This document shows, piece after piece, positions 33,391 through 47,963 of a stretch of DNA of 64,000 nucleotides. The DNA comes from Podarcis erhardii. Its lineage: Eukaryota. Position 1 is the stretch's first letter; the number at the start of each line of letters is the position of its first letter. The notes under the pieces were generated by a model that saw only the letters and a list, made by a program, of their open reading frames with translations, searched no databases and was not told the DNA's origin. The stretch lies in NCBI GenBank assembly GCA_964252035.1, contig OZ176206.1; one strand, given 5' to 3'. The translations under genes were made by a program, and so were the position numbers.

Positions 33391-36066
33391 TATGCTTTCC
33401 ATTGGGGCAAGGAGTGGGAGGGTCTAGAAGCCAAAGTGGGTGAAGCAATGTCACAAACCATTGGTTGTTTTGTCTATCCTATATCCAGAGAAGAAAGTTT
33501 GCAGTTCAAGGATGCATTTGGCCCAGACAAAAACAAACAAACATTCAGGAGGCAAAACAGGAACAGTGACAGATACGGGCTGGGAAGAGGATGTGTGACC
33601 TAGGGAGACTGAAGAGTGATTCCCTGGGGAATCAGTATCCAGCCTTCAAATCCCTGCTTGGCCATAAAGTTCACTGTGATTTAGGTGTGATTCCTGCATT
33701 GCAGGGGGTTCGAGTAGATGACCCTTGGGGGAGGGGTCCTTCCAACTCTGCAATTCTATGATTCACAAGATGACCTTGGTCCAAGAACTTTCTCTCAGTG
33801 TAATCTATCTCACAGGGTTTTTGGGTGGATAATGGCCTCATTTGGTTAATTTTTTTTTCATTTGTTCCTAAACGATCCTTTTGTACACGATTGTAGCTAA
33901 GTGGTAGAGCAGCTGCTATGCAAAAGATCCCAATGCTGATGACCCCGGCATCAGAGCGATTTTTTAATAGCACCTGCACACACGTCTTGGATGACCTAGA
34001 AGGTGCCCTGATTTAGTTGGGCGTCAGACTCAAGTACTTCTAAATACAGGCTTCTAAAACGATGTCTGGTAATCTAAAACAAAAATAGAATAGTTTTTTG
34101 CTCCAGAGCAGTTGTTTTTTATTGCCAGCCAAATGTATGCAAATGTGATACTAGTCTATTAGTTGGTTACAGGTAAGACTTCTTTAATAAGATAATAGCT
34201 GCAATTATTATGCATGTCTGATGAAGCATGGGTGGGCAGATCAGTCTGTTCCTGTTCATTCAGAAACCCAGTATGTCCTGGTTTTCCATTAATCTGCAAT
34301 TACTTAAATATGCATTTTAAACATATTTGATAGTTGAGAACTGCACCACAAAATTCAGAGAGAGAGAAACCAGAGGCACAAAATCTGGGGAATAACTGTG
34401 TTCTGGTTGTGCATATTACCCTAGAACAAGGGAGGTAAAAGTTGTTGTTTTTTAACCTTCAGATAACAATGCCATCCCCTGGTCTACCCACTTTTTGCCT
34501 CTGGCCCCACAGACGACTGGCATTTGGGATTGACAAAAGGTATCCCTGCTCTTGTTTCTTCAGCGATGGTCTCTTGCTACTCTCTCTTTGCTTGCTTCCT
34601 CCCTCTAGAAGCAAAGTGAATGGCTTGACTAGTCCTTACATGGCAGGGCATGTTTTTGCTGTCAAAAACATTCCTCCCATCTCCCCGCAAAATGCAACCC
34701 GAGCACCAAAACAACACGCACCACCAAAAAGTCCCTTAAAAACACCAGCTCACATCAAAAGCTCCCAAGGAATGTTCATCACCTGCCCAAACATGCCCTT
34801 CCAGGTAATATCCCAGGATTTAGAATGTGGTACCTAAGAGAGAAAAGGCAGGTAAAACCTCAAGTTTTGCTTTGCTTACATCTCCATAGTCACTTGGTGG
34901 AACCCCATAAGCCTACAAGGAGAGCCCTGCTGGGTCGGAACAAAGGCTGGTTTAGTCCAGCATCCTCACAGTAACTAACCAGATTCCTTTGGGAAGCATG
35001 CAAGTAGGACTCTCCCTATGCCAGAAAAGCAAGGTTTCCTTCTCTGTGCAATAGTCCTTGCTGAGATGGCAAGGTGCTTTGTAGAAAGTTTTTTGAAAGT
35101 CCAGGTAAATACACTATGCTGACCAGATCACCACTATCTATGTTCTCGTTGGCTCTCTCAAAGAATCATGCATTTGTCCTTGCTGAGATGGGTGCCAATT
35201 CTGCAAATTAATTTTTTAAAAACCAACTCAATTTGAAACCCTGTTATTTTGACTTTTCACTTCAGATGTGAAATAGTCTAGAGTCAGCACTGCCTTTGGG
35301 GGTTATTGCATTCACTTTACTTGGTTGTGAATTACAACCAAGACATACACACCCCAACAATGACTTGGGGGTGGGGGTGGGAATCTTACATTCCTTTCAT
35401 CCTTAGACATGGAATCCTAACAATTATCTTCCTCTTTTTTATATATACCGTAAATGCTATTCTGTCACCACCATGGTGGGTTCCAACTAGCCACGGGTAA
35501 CAGGAACGCAAGGAGAGAGAAGAAGGGGGGGGAGATACCCCACAAGCCAGGAAATCATTAATTTGAACCAGGCTAGCCAACATAAATATCATATTTTCTT
35601 TGTGCAAAATTATGTTGTACATGTTTTGCCTCCCACGGTGGCCCACAAATTGCTGCTGCAGATTGAACATGATAAGAGAAGCATTTAGGAAACTGGATTT
35701 TTATGATGTTTTAAGGTATCGTTTAAGAAGTTTGATGCAATTAAATCTTTTTTTTAAAAAAAATGGAATGTTGGGTATTTTATCATTGCAGCATCTCGTA
35801 CATTAAACAATTGTTAGCTGCCCAGAATTTGCAAATAAGGAAGAAGGGATATACAGCTTGGACACCAACAACAGACAACAGAGCACTGCCATAAAATGTT
35901 GCAGTGTGAAGTGCTTCTGTCCAGGTTCCAACCAACCCGCCAGCCCGTTGCTTTTACACTCAAATGTGTTAGGAAGCCAGGACGTAGCCCAACATAAACG
36001 TATGAGAATAAAGAGAATTATACATTATACATAACCACCCTGAGATCTACAGGTAAAGGACAGCAT

Positions 36067-36105
<39 letters not shown>

Positions 36106-36598
36106 CAATGCCTTATGCTGTAATCTGCATTCTTCTAGACCTGGGGTATGAAAGTGTTTTGTTTTTTTAATGCAAGGGCTGCATTCCTTTCAAGAGACGC
36201 ATCCCAGTGTCAGACGGGGCAGAAGACAAAGTGGGTGATTCTCCCACCCCTCCTAATTTAATCCCCACAATAACCCTGCGAGGTAGGTTGGTTTGAGAGG
36301 CAGTGTCTGGCCCATGGTTACCCAGTGAGCTTCATGGCCAGGTGGGATTTTGAACCCTGGTTTCTCCCAGGCGCCAGTCTGCTACTCTAACCAGTGCATG
36401 GCTTTATTATACCAATTTGCCAAAAAAGGCTCCTTCTGTATATTTCCCGCATCCCTACTGATGTCAATTAAAGTCTCAAACTCAGGTCCTGCCTGTGAAA
36501 CTGCCTTAATGTCTCCCCTGACCCATTTATGTGAAAAAGGACCCTTCCTTGGCTTCCAACCTCTCCCCAGTTTCCCTGCCAGCTTCACTGTCCACTTG

Positions 36599-37471
36599 TG
36601 AGGAGTCCAATAATCCCTCCGGGGTTCCCCTTTGGGGAAGGGTTGGGGATTATGGGGGGGGATTTCCCCCTCCCCTGGCCAGGTGTTAAACACATGGATG
36701 ACTCCTGTCAAAGGATCCCTTTCATGGCCGACATTCCCAGGCACGTCCCCAGCATGCCTGGGAAACGAAAAAGTTCTGGGACAGCGGAGGTGCTTTACGC
36801 TAAGCCGCTCAGTACAAATTATCTCGTTATGCCATGTTATGACACGGAGAAGAAACCTTTCCTTGAGCAGCAGCAGCAGCTCAGAGCCTGGAGGGGGGTT
36901 GGATGGGAGGCTGCCACAACCCCACACAGACAAGCCTCCTCTGATAACCCTGTCAAGTCCCAACAGCTCCTGCGAGGCCTCCAGAGATTCTTCGAAAACA
37001 GCAATCCCCTTTCGGTGGCACGTGCAAAGCGTTGCCGCGTTCGGAGGGAACCTGGATGGGCCACTGGCTGTTGAAGGTGCTTTGGGGTTGATTTATGTGG
37101 CTGGTTATTCCTATTGTTTTGCTCGGTGAAGCACGGAAAGGGAACCTCAGGTCCCTTGTGCATAGAGAGGGAGCGCATTGACAGGCATTGATGGGTGCAA
37201 GTAGCCCTCCCAAGTAGAGACTTAACAAGCAGCTAGGAAGGGTCATGCCCACTGTGCATGTTGGGTAGGGGAGCAGGGATGGCCCACCCAAGAGGCAAGG
37301 TGAGGTGACCACCTCAGGTGGTGGGATCTGTAGGGGCAGGAGATCCAGCCTCCAAGGAATGCATCAGCCGCTGCTACTGCTTCTGGAAACAACAGCTGCA
37401 ACGCGCTCCTTGGAGACAAGATCTGTGATTTCCTTGGCAGGACACCCCCCATGTTGTCTCTACAATGGACA
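36599..37471. mobile_element. Possible solo LTR or retroelement relic
   Basis: GC-rich block bounded by TG...CA with a 4-bp direct repeat CTTG (36595-36598, 37472-37475); a 4-bp match can occur by chance. Confidence 0.3.
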
Positions 37472-37669
37472 CTTGGTGACTAGGAGGCACTGTCGGTCTC
37501 CTCCCACCCGTAGGGAGGAAATGGTGGGGGCTGTCCTCTGGACTCTGCACTCACCTGGTGTGATTAAAAGTGCCCCCCTCCACTGAAACAGCCTTTGGTT
37601 CCCACTTCAACCACCGAGCATGGTTGATTTGATTCCACTCCACTTGATCCAGATGTAGATTTTTACTCT

Positions 37670-37685
37670 ATCATCTATATCTATC

Positions 37686-37730
<45 letters not shown>
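37670..37730. repeat. (TCTA)n microsatellite; other simple repeats at 17320-17370 (CT/CA), 20765-20813 (AAAT), 36067-36102 (AATC), 46019-46062 (TTA), 53017-53063 and 62359-62403 (AAT), 63055-63113 (AG)
   Basis: Read directly; boundaries approximate. Confidence 0.9.
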
Positions 37731-37733
<3 letters not shown>

Positions 37734-38054
37734 ATTTCTCTCTCTCTCCCCCACCCAATTGTTCCCAATGTAGATCTTAATTTTTCATCCTTTCCCCCGA
37801 TGCAGATCTTTATTCCACCACAACCCTTGTTCCTGGTGTAGCTCTTCATTCACCCCATTCTTCCCTGGCTGGGGGGCATTTTGTGGTTCGCCTCAGGTGC
37901 CAAAATGTATTGGGCCAGCCCTGTGGGGAAGGAATAACCAGCAAAACCCTGTGACAGGCCCCACCTCCCTCACACACTGAAAGAACAATCACCTTATCTC
38001 AGCATGTTCAGTAAATACAAGGGATGTAGAGCCCATCAGAAACTGCCCCTCAAA

Positions 38055-38215
38055 CAGGGGTGCCAACTTGAATAAAATACTGTGGGGGCCAGATCACATG
38101 AAACAGCAGATGCACATGATTTGAATGACAATACCCATCAACTTGGGGGGCAGCCCCCTCAAGTATTTTATTGGGGGGCAGAAGGGACCTCGGCCCCTAG
38201 GAGTTCACTCCTATG
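38055..38215. mobile_element. hAT-type MITE (second copy at about 44140-44317)
   Basis: CAGGGGTGCCAACT...GAGTTCACTCCTATG; 8-bp flanks CCCTCAAA / TCCTCAAA. Confidence 0.75.
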
Positions 38216-40781
38216 TCCTCAAATGACTCCACCTTGAACTCCATACAGAATGCTTTTTCTTTGGCACAAAAGGAGGGGGGGGAAGAATTATTAGTTTTCA
38301 TGATAGCAATTATTCAAAATTTACTGCTCTTGTGCAACTTTTGGACTGATGGGCTTGGAATGTGACAAAAATTAATCAGGCAACAAAGCAGGCGAACTGT
38401 ATAAATTAGGAGGAGTGTCAGTATAAGTTGGGCTTTTCCTTACATTTTTTTTCCAAAATCTGAAGTCTGTCTGTGACAGTGGCTTGAACTTTGTGAAGCC
38501 CAGAAGATTAACTACCATACCCCTTAAGCATTGCATTTCAAAACTGGAGTCTTTCCACTAGGAAAATGGCATTTGCACTTCCGCTGTGTACTCTGTTGGG
38601 TGTGTGTGTTGAGGGTTTAGAAACTATGGACTAGAAGCTTGAAGTTGACAAAGCATGCAGATGCACAATGGGATGAGGAGGAAAGGGAAGGGAGTGGAGG
38701 AGGAAAGTATTCTGCATCATGGGGATCTCCCTTCAGCTGAGTCAGACCATTGCTCCATCCAGCTCAGTATTGCCAACACAGACTTGCAGTGGCTTTCCTG
38801 GGTTTCAGGCAGGGGTCTTTCCCAGCCCTACCTGAAGATGCCAGGGACTGAACCTGGGGGCTTCTACATGCAAAGCATGTGCTCTGCAACTGACCCATGC
38901 CTCTTTCCAGATCAATGCAGAGGGGAGATTTGGTACTACACCAATATCCCACCAGATGTCCAAACATTAACAAGGAGGGTTGCCAATTTTTTTGTGTGCC
39001 CCAGAGGCTCTAATAGCAATGTGGCAGGGGGGTAAGTGATGGGCTGTGCAATCACTTGCTAAATTTTCAGTGTTAGGTTGCCATTGTCTTTACCTGTTCA
39101 AAGCTCTTTTTCTTTTTTGGGAGCTGGGTATTCTAGATTTTTCAACAGTGAGGTCTTGTTATTCTCGGCTTCCACTTCAAGCCAACTTGTCCCAGCAGAT
39201 CCATGCAAGGAGCAAACTCAGTGTGAATTTTTGGGATCTCTGAGCAAAGGTGCTTGCTCTGGCATGTTGGAGAAACCCCTCCCATTCTCAGTCCTTGCCA
39301 TGAAAGAGAGAGAGAGAGAGGCCAACCAAATAATCAGGATACCACTGGTGGGTGCAGAGGGGAGTGTCTAATAGAGGCTGGTCCACAATGGGTGGCAAAG
39401 TGGGCCTGTGGTCTTTGCTAGGGATGTTTGCATTCAAACAAGAAGCTACCGAATTTGCACTTCTTGGACCACTACATGAACCGAAATGCAGCTGTCATTC
39501 AGAATTTGCATTTTGCAAGGCTGTTCTCCTGCCAATGTTTGCAACAGCAACAAAAAAATGCATATATGGGGGGGTGTGCATTAAAAATGAACATGTTAGA
39601 GAAAAATGACATACACAAATGCATTGTATATGGGAAAATTGCTAGCAGAAGTGTGTACCTGAGTCAAAAGCATTAATTACAGTAGGTCTACTGGGAGCAG
39701 GATTTAACTGGATACAACCATGTGCATTTGCACTTTGTCTTATGTCATCTGGTGGTACCTGCTCAGATAGCTTTCTCTGTAGACAGAGAGACAGGTAGAT
39801 AATTAGCATGAGCTGTGCCTGGTGGTGATGTATCTATTGACTGAACTCGACATAGGTCAGCTTCTCGCTCCTGATCATACACCTGCATGTGGCTATTGAA
39901 AACAAAAGGAGTTCAGCAAGTAGAATTACGTATAATGTATTATTTCAAATTTTAATTAGTTATACTTAGTTATACCGCGTTGTTTATACAAAAGTTCAAA
40001 GTAGCTTACATTTAAAACTAACTAACTACCCATCAAACTATGGAAATGGTTTAAGCTGACTTGGGCAGCATACACACTATGCAACACAAAAATGAAGTTT
40101 TTCTCAATCTTGAGTCATTCAAGCTCATCTTCAACATGCTGCTGAGTCTAGATCCTGCTGCCCACAAGGGTTGGTGCAGTTACTTGATATACATCTGAAA
40201 ACCCTCCCCTTGATTAGGTTAGCCATGCCTTTTCCTCCTTGCACCTGCCTGAGGTGAATGAAGGAGGAAGTGGCGATTGTGATCTTGGTATATGCCCACA
40301 CCTGCACAGTGTCATCGGACAGGTGTGGATGCATCTTCCCTCTATTGCCGGCCCTGCCTACACCTGTATTCTAATGGACATGCTGTGGAGTAATGCAAGA
40401 TCAATCTGCAATGAGCTTTTATTTTCAGTATGAAACCGATTCCTCAAGAAACATTTGCCCATCCAAGGCAAAAGAAAAAAGGAAGAAAGAAGACGTACTA
40501 AATCTAGATTGTGCGTGGACAATGTCAATGAAACAAGTACTCAGTCCCCATTGATTCCAGAATAAAATGGCATGCGTATGCAGGCTTTGAGTACTTGTCA
40601 ATCAATTTCTCCCTGTTAAGCATAACCTATTAGCTGATTGGGATCAAGTGGAACTATAATTGGATGGGTGGATCAAAAGAGCAGTAGATTGAACTGCTTT
40701 GTATCAGAAATCTGCAATACTTTTTCTTCTATTTCATTATCACTTTTGGGGTGTTTTTTAGGATCCTAATTTGTTCCATTA

Positions 40782-41007
40782 TAACTTAACTTAACTTAAC
40801 TTAACTTAACTTAACTTAACTTAACTTAAAACTTAACTTAAAACTTAACTTAAAACTTAACTTTTAACTTAACTTAACTTAACTTAACTTAACTTAACTT
40901 AACTTAACTTAACTTAACTTTTAACTTAACTTAACTTAACTTAACTTAACTTAACTTAACTTAACTTAACTTAACTTAACTTAACTTAACTTAACTTAAC
41001 TTAACTT
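40782..41007. repeat. (TTAAC)n pentanucleotide microsatellite, about 225 bp with a few interruptions
   Basis: Read directly; abuts the tail of a minus-strand MIR-like SINE. Confidence 0.95.
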
Positions 41008-41941
41008 TAGTATTAGATTTACATTCCCAGCTTTCTTCTAAGGTGCTCAAGGTAGCATATAGTGTTCCCCCTTCTTCCCCATCTTGATCCTCACAGCAGC
41101 CCTGGGAGGTAGGTTGTGACCAGTCCAAGGTTGCTCAACAAGTGGAGGATTTGAATCCAGATCTCCCAGATCCTAGTTTAGCCTTCTAACCACTACACCA
41201 TACTGGTATTAATTTAGTTGTTTGTTTATCTGTATTTTGTATTCATTTCGTCAATCATTTCCTCTTTTGTTCTTTTAAAAACAGTTTTTTAAAATAAAAA
41301 ATAGTTTTATTTTGGAATCCAGCAGCAAAGCTGGATTCTGGAGCCATTCCAAAAGACCCCCCCTTTCAGACCCCTCCCCAATTCAGCATTTCTGAATGGG
41401 GGAAATTGTGGCCCCCACTAGTAGTTGTCATTTCCCCTCTAAAAGAACTATGCAACATCCAGGGCATTCTGGGAGGCACTAAATGATGGCCACTAGATAC
41501 AGGACTCAGCTACATTTGTAAAGATAAAGCGCTTTACAGTGGTACCTCGGGTTACAAACACCTTGGGTTACAAACACTTTGGGTTACAGTGCTTCCCTCA
41601 TGCCTCTGATAGGAGAACAAATGGGCTTGAGCTGCAGTTCCACATCTGACTCGATAATTCATTCCTTTCTGCATTAATTTCAGAACATATCTGAAAAATG
41701 TACTAAGAGGTACACATTCAGCCAAATTTTCCATTTGTTCTGAAATGAATTTTGTAAAGGGCTATAACTCAGTGGTAGATAACTCATCTGCTTTGCATGA
41801 AAGAGGTCTCAGGTTCATTCACTGCCGTCCCAGGTAGGGCTAGAAAAAAACCTCTACCAGAAGTCCTGGAGCGTTGCTGTTGGCTCATGTAGACAGTACT
41901 GAGTTAGACAGACCCATGGTCTAGCTTGGAAGCTTCCTATA

Positions 41942-42171
41942 CAGTCGTACCTTGGGAGTTGAACAGAATCCATTCCAGACGTCTGTTCGACTTCTGAAAT
42001 GTTCGACTTCCAAAGCGCGGCTCCTGCAGCCAATCAGAAGCCGTGGAAGCCCCATCAGACGTTCAGCTTCCCAAAGAACATTTGAAAACTGGAACACTCA
42101 CTTCCAGTTTTTGATCATTTGGGAGCCGGAACGTTCGACTCCCAAGATGTTTGGGAGCTGAGGTACGACTG
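41942..42171. mobile_element. Tc1/mariner MITE (CAGTCGTACCT family)
   Basis: TIRs CAGTCGTACCT...AGGTACGACTG flanked by TA; inserted at the tail of a SINE. Confidence 0.88.
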
Positions 42172-42969
42172 TATTTCTTTGAATGCCTATCCCTACTTAT
42201 GAATGCACACACCTGATTTAGGCATGCTACATAGAATCATACAATTGTAGAGTTGGAAGGGATGCTGAGGATCATCTAGTCCAACCCCCTGCAAGGCAGG
42301 AATATGCAGCTGTCCCATACGGGGATCAAACCTGCCACCTTGGCATGATCAGCATCACACTCTAAGCAACTGAACTATCCAATGCCTGTCGAAAACCCAC
42401 AAGCAGGACCCTGGCACAAGAGTGCTCTTCCCTCCTGTGGTTTTAAGCAACTGGTATTCAGAAGCATTATGGCCTCTGACTATGGAGGAAGGCTACTGTT
42501 GGTAGCATTATTCTCTAGTAACCATTGATAGCATTATTCTCTATGAATTTGCCCAATCCTCTTTTAAAGTGGTCCAAGAGGGTGGCCATTGCTGCTTCCT
42601 GAAGGAGTAAGTTTCATAATACTTTCTTTTTACCTGTTCTGAATCTTCCAGCCTTCAACTTCATTGGATGTCCACAAGTTTTAATGTTGCTAAACTTTTT
42701 ATGAACACTTTCTAATGCTACAATATCCCCTTTGGAGGTGAGGTGATCAGTATTCCAAAAGTGGTTGCACCATAGGTTTGTAGAATGACATCACAATTGA
42801 TTCTGCCACTTGGCAAATGCAAAGGTCAGTGCTGGTTAGGAGGGGAACAGGTTTTCCAAATCCACCTTCCAGGCGGATGGGTTGTCCCCTCTTGCTGGCC
42901 ATCCATGGAGAACAAATGAGAAATGCTAGCACACCCCCATTCACATTTGTACCTTGTTCCTCTTTCCAG

Positions 42970-43156
42970 TATTCCCCGTTGCTCAAGAAGCTCTACTGTC
43001 AGATTGCGAAGACGTGCCCCATCCAGATCAAAGTGTCAACGCCGCCTCCTCCGGGGACTGTCATCCGAGCCATGCCAGTCTACAAGAAGGCGGAGCATGT
43101 GACAGAAGTGGTGAAGCGGTGTCCAAACCATGAGCTCGGGCGCGACTTCAATGACG
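42970..43156 (+). CDS. TP73: p73 exon 5 equivalent, DNA-binding domain ([17 protein letters not shown]...[13 protein letters not shown])
   Basis: p53-family DBD sequence with zinc ligands in CPNH; tttccAG acceptor, GTGAGA donor; 187 nt. Confidence 0.98.
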
Positions 43157-43696
43157 GTGAGATCAGGTTCAACAGGAAGTGTGTGCCGTTGGTTCTCAAG
43201 AAGTTCTGGAATGCATTGGGTTGTCTCCAGCTATGATTTACTCAGAACAGACCCACTGAAATCAGTGGACCTTAGTTATCCATAGGACAATAAAACTCTA
43301 GAGTTGAAGGGGACCCAACAGGCCATCTGGTCAATCTTCATGTCTATTAATTTCAATGTGGCCTCTGCCCCCTTATAATGGGTTGTCCATTGCGATTGGT
43401 TCAGTGAGAGCAACACTAGGTGGCACCAGAGCCAATGAGAGGCAAAATTCATCCCTTACTGATGGCAAGACAGCAAGCACATCAGGGCACACTGAGGTTG
43501 GTAAGATGGATTGCTTCCCCCCAGCAGCCAGTCAGAAGGACAATCTTGTTGGCTTACATTACGATGCGTCTTGGCCTCACAGGAATTTATGCTGTTGATG
43601 GTGACATTCCGCTGAGTGGCATTTCTGGCCTCTTCATCCAAAAAGGCAACTAAAGGAGCAAATACTTGCAGTTAAGCCTGCTTTTTGTCTTCACAG

Positions 43697-43812
43697 GTCT
43701 CTCGGCTCCTGCAAGCCACTTAATCCGCGTGGAAGGCAACAACCTATCTCAGTATGTGGATGACCCTGTAACTGGGAGGCAGAGCGTGATGGTTCCTTAT
43801 GAACCTCCCCAG
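43697..43812 (+). CDS. TP73: p73 exon 6 equivalent ([39 protein letters not shown])
   Basis: tcacAG acceptor, GTAATC donor; 116 nt, keeps frame with flanking exons. Confidence 0.98.
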
Positions 43813-46018
43813 GTAATCTGACTTGCTAATGGGGGGGGGGGCAACGTTTGAAGCAATAGGCATAATTTTTCTCTCTCTCTCTCTCTTGTGGGTGGTGGGT
43901 GGGGGTTGCTAGACCTCTTGAGGCTCAGAGCCAGAGGGAGGAGCCTGGGAATTCACAATGTTGATTGGATAACAGGGTGGAGCTTTCAGGAAAAGCATGC
44001 TTCTCATGTAGAGGCAGCTGCTGGCAGACTGAAGTTTTAAACTCACTATTCGCACCACTATATGGTAACAGCCAGAGGTTTCACATACACACAAGCCCTG
44101 CACTCATCTCTCCATCCAGGCACACAAGAGGCAGTATATCACAGTCACCTAGAATAAAATATTGAAGGGGCCCAGGGAAGCTCCATTCTGCATAATCGAT
44201 CACATGATGTGGTGCAGTGCACTATTTGAATGGCAATGCCCATCAACTTGGGGGGGGGGCTCAAATATTTTATTGAGGGGACCGAAGACCCCTTGGCCCC
44301 TAGGAGTTGGCTCCTATGATCACAGTCAAGAAGGAGGGCATAACAGGGCCATTGAGAGTAATTGTGTGAGGATAGGGGAAAGGGCATTGCCTGAGAAGAG
44401 TCTCAAGGGCCATATAGAAAGACCCTTGAGGGCCACATCCAGCTCTTGGGCCTGAGGTTCCCCACTCCTGCTGCACAGAGTGCAGCCTCCCACTGTGTGG
44501 GAAAGGAAGAGGACACCGGTGCAAATCAGGTTTCTCCACTTCTAAGGGCCAAGCATGTTAAATATGCCTTAAAAGGCAGCAGGGAGGAAGTAGTATTTAA
44601 GCCAGCCGGTTTTTATTCTGAAGGAAAAGCAGCTACGCGTGAGCATTGCCCAGTCTTAATCCACCATAGAGGTTGTAGCTCAGTGGCAGAGCATTTATTT
44701 TGCATGCAGATGGAACCAGGTTCAATCCCCAGCATCGCCAGGTAGGACTGGGAATGTCCCCCTTCCTGAAAGATAAGCTAGTTGGACCGATGGTCTGACT
44801 AGATACAATGCAGCTTCTTTAACAGCTCCTCATCTGGAACCATGAGGACTAGAATCTTACTTTCACTTTAAGGGCTGGAAATGTCCCCTGTCTGAAACTC
44901 TCAAGACTGCTGCCAGCCAGTGGCGACAGTACTGAGCTAGATGGATCAGTATCCTGTCTTAGTATCATGAAGGACTGCAGCTAAGTTGCAGAGCATCTGT
45001 TGTGCATGCAGAAAGTCTCAGGTATCTCCAGGTAGGGCTGGGAAAGTCCCTGTGTCTGAAATCCTGGAAAACCACTGGCAGTCAGCATATGCAATCCTGA
45101 TCTAGCTGGACCACTGGTTTCACTCGGTGCAAAGCAGCCTCCTAACTTTCGCCTTACCTTCCTTCTGCATTTATTGAACTAGGGATCTGGGGGGCATGTA
45201 CCGCCAATGTTTGCAAACCCCAGGAAGAAAAACCAAATGTTGGCTGCATCTGCATTCAGGATGGGAACACCTACCAGGTGTGCTCTGCATCCTCGCCTGT
45301 CAAGAAGCACACCTGTAGCTCCTCGCTCTTTAAAGGATATGCCCACCTTCTACTGCTCTAAACTCACATATACTGCAGCATCTCAAAGGAGGAGAAATGC
45401 AGGAGAGTTTTAGGGGGGAGCCCAGAAGGAAAAATGAAGTCTGCTTATAGGAAGGCTTGGATCTCCCCCTACTGTTGGGCAGAATTATTGCAACTCTGAT
45501 TCTGCACAACAGTATGTAATATGCTTCAATTTTGGGCATCATTACTGCAACTTTGATTCTACGCTCAGCTTGCAATGCTTCGTGCCTTTCTATGCCAAAG
45601 AGCTCAAAGTGGCATGTGTAGTTTTCCCCATCTTATACTTACAACAACCCTGCGAGGTACGTCAGGCTGAGAAATAGTGACTAGCCCAGGGAAATCCAGC
45701 AAGCTTCATGGCTGAGACTTGAACCTGGGTCTCCAGAGTCCTTGTCTGCCACTCTAACCACTACACCACACTAAGCCTCTGCTTTCCACTTCTGGAAAAG
45801 GTCCGAGACCTCAAAAGGTCACCTGCATTGGGGTGGGCAGAAGATTTACTAGTGGAGTTCTGAATGATCTTCCATAGATCAGCAAGGATTCTGACTCCTG
45901 TTTGTTTAACGATAGATGCAGCAACAACAAAGGTTTCCCCCTTATAAATTTCATCCTCTAAGCTGTTTTTGGTTTTTTGGTGGAGGAAGGAGGCTTGCTT
46001 ATGGGGTCACTTTAAACC

Positions 46019-46064
<46 letters not shown>

Positions 46065-46459
46065 TACCCTGCCTTTTCCCCTGGCAGGACTCAAGGCAGC
46101 TTACAGATAAAAATGAGAACTGCTAAAAACGTAGACGAAAATCAACATTAAAAAAAATGTTCTTAAACCATGCCAGCATATTAGACCTCCACACAAATAA
46201 TTTTGGGAGACTTGGAACTTAAAGAAGAATAAGAATTGGCTGTTTGGTTTGTGAAATTGTGGACTGAATTTGGGATCCTGCCCTTGCACAGACCTTCTTT
46301 TAGATTAGTACTGTCTACAATGATTGGCAGTGCCTCTCCAAGGTTTCATACTGCCTTACCTGGAACTGCCAGAGATTGGACCTGGGACCATCTGCATGCA
46401 TAGCAGATGCTGTACTGCTGAGCCATGCCTTTTCCTCAAACCCATTCCCATCCAGCTGA

Positions 46460-46711
<252 letters not shown>

Positions 46712-47963
46712 TGAGTCAGTTATGTGAACACCAGCTCTGCTAGAGGACATGCAACTCCCCAATGGACAGTCAGATGAGTGGAGTTGATTTGGGTTGGGTT
46801 GGGAAGGTAGATGAAGATTGGAGCCGTGCCTCTAGAGGGGGTATTCCCTTGAAGACAGTTTGGAAATGCATGCGAAGGGCAGCCAACAGGTTGCTTACTG
46901 GCACATACTTTTAGACTGGCCTTATGTCAAGTGCACTGGGTTCCAATCTGCCAAACCCAAGGCGATGGTTCTTACTTCTGATGTGCTAAACCACGGGTAG
47001 GAAGCCAGTGAATCCCTGACCATTGGCCATACTGGGTGTGTGTTGGCAGAATTTGAATTAGGGGCAAGAGGGGAAAGGTTGGATCCCATCCCCCACTACC
47101 CACACCAAGTCATCCCTCCCTCTAATTGCTATTAACTGAAGAAATAACAGCAGGAGATGGATTCACCAACTCCTGTGTTATGTCTAGTTTGGCCCTAACA
47201 CACCCAGAGTCAGGCTTTGGACCTTCCTCATTTATTATCATTCATCTGCTTCCCACTGCTACCACCACACAGCAGCTCAGGAAAGTATGCAAAGTTATCC
47301 CCTTCCCATTTGACAACTAGTACAGTGGTTTAGTGTATCAGCTTAGCACGTAGGAGTCCTCAATATCTCCTGATCTGAACCCACCCAGACCCTTAGATCT
47401 CTTCTGAGGTCCTCCACTGGGTTCCTTCTTTGAGGGAGGCTTGGTGGAGGATGGCAAGGTAGAGGGCCTTTTCAGTTGTGGCTCCCAGACTGCAGAACAC
47501 TCTCCCCAGTGAGCCCCACCTGACACCTTCATTGACATATGTTGATGCCAAGTAAAAATGTATCTTTGCCCACTTCCAGCTTTTGATAAACTAGGAAGAT
47601 TATGGTTTTTGCTGCTAAAGCTTTCCATGGCCGTTATTTTAGGGAGGGATTGTTTTGCATATTTTGGTGATTTGCACTTTTTAAAAAAAAAAATATGAAT
47701 GTGTTAACATTACATTACACTGTATTTATGTTTTTATGTTACTGCTAATCACAGTAACAAGTCTAATAATAATTATAAACAAGGTCACTGGGTTGCATCC
47801 AACTATGTTCTGCTCAGAGCAGACCCCCTGAAATTAATGGACTCAAGGTAGTGATGTCCATAGGTTTCAGTGGGTCTTCTCTGGGTAGGACTAACATTAG
47901 ATACAGCCCACTGTTGGTATAGAGGTTTACATCTGCTGAATTGACATTGTTTTTCCTTCTCAG

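Noticed and set aside
35612-35640. ATGTTGTAC (MLY...) resembling the deltaNp63/deltaNp73 start
   Set aside because: It lies downstream of exon 4 (wrong position), continues as MLYMFCLP with no similarity, and has no suitable donor.
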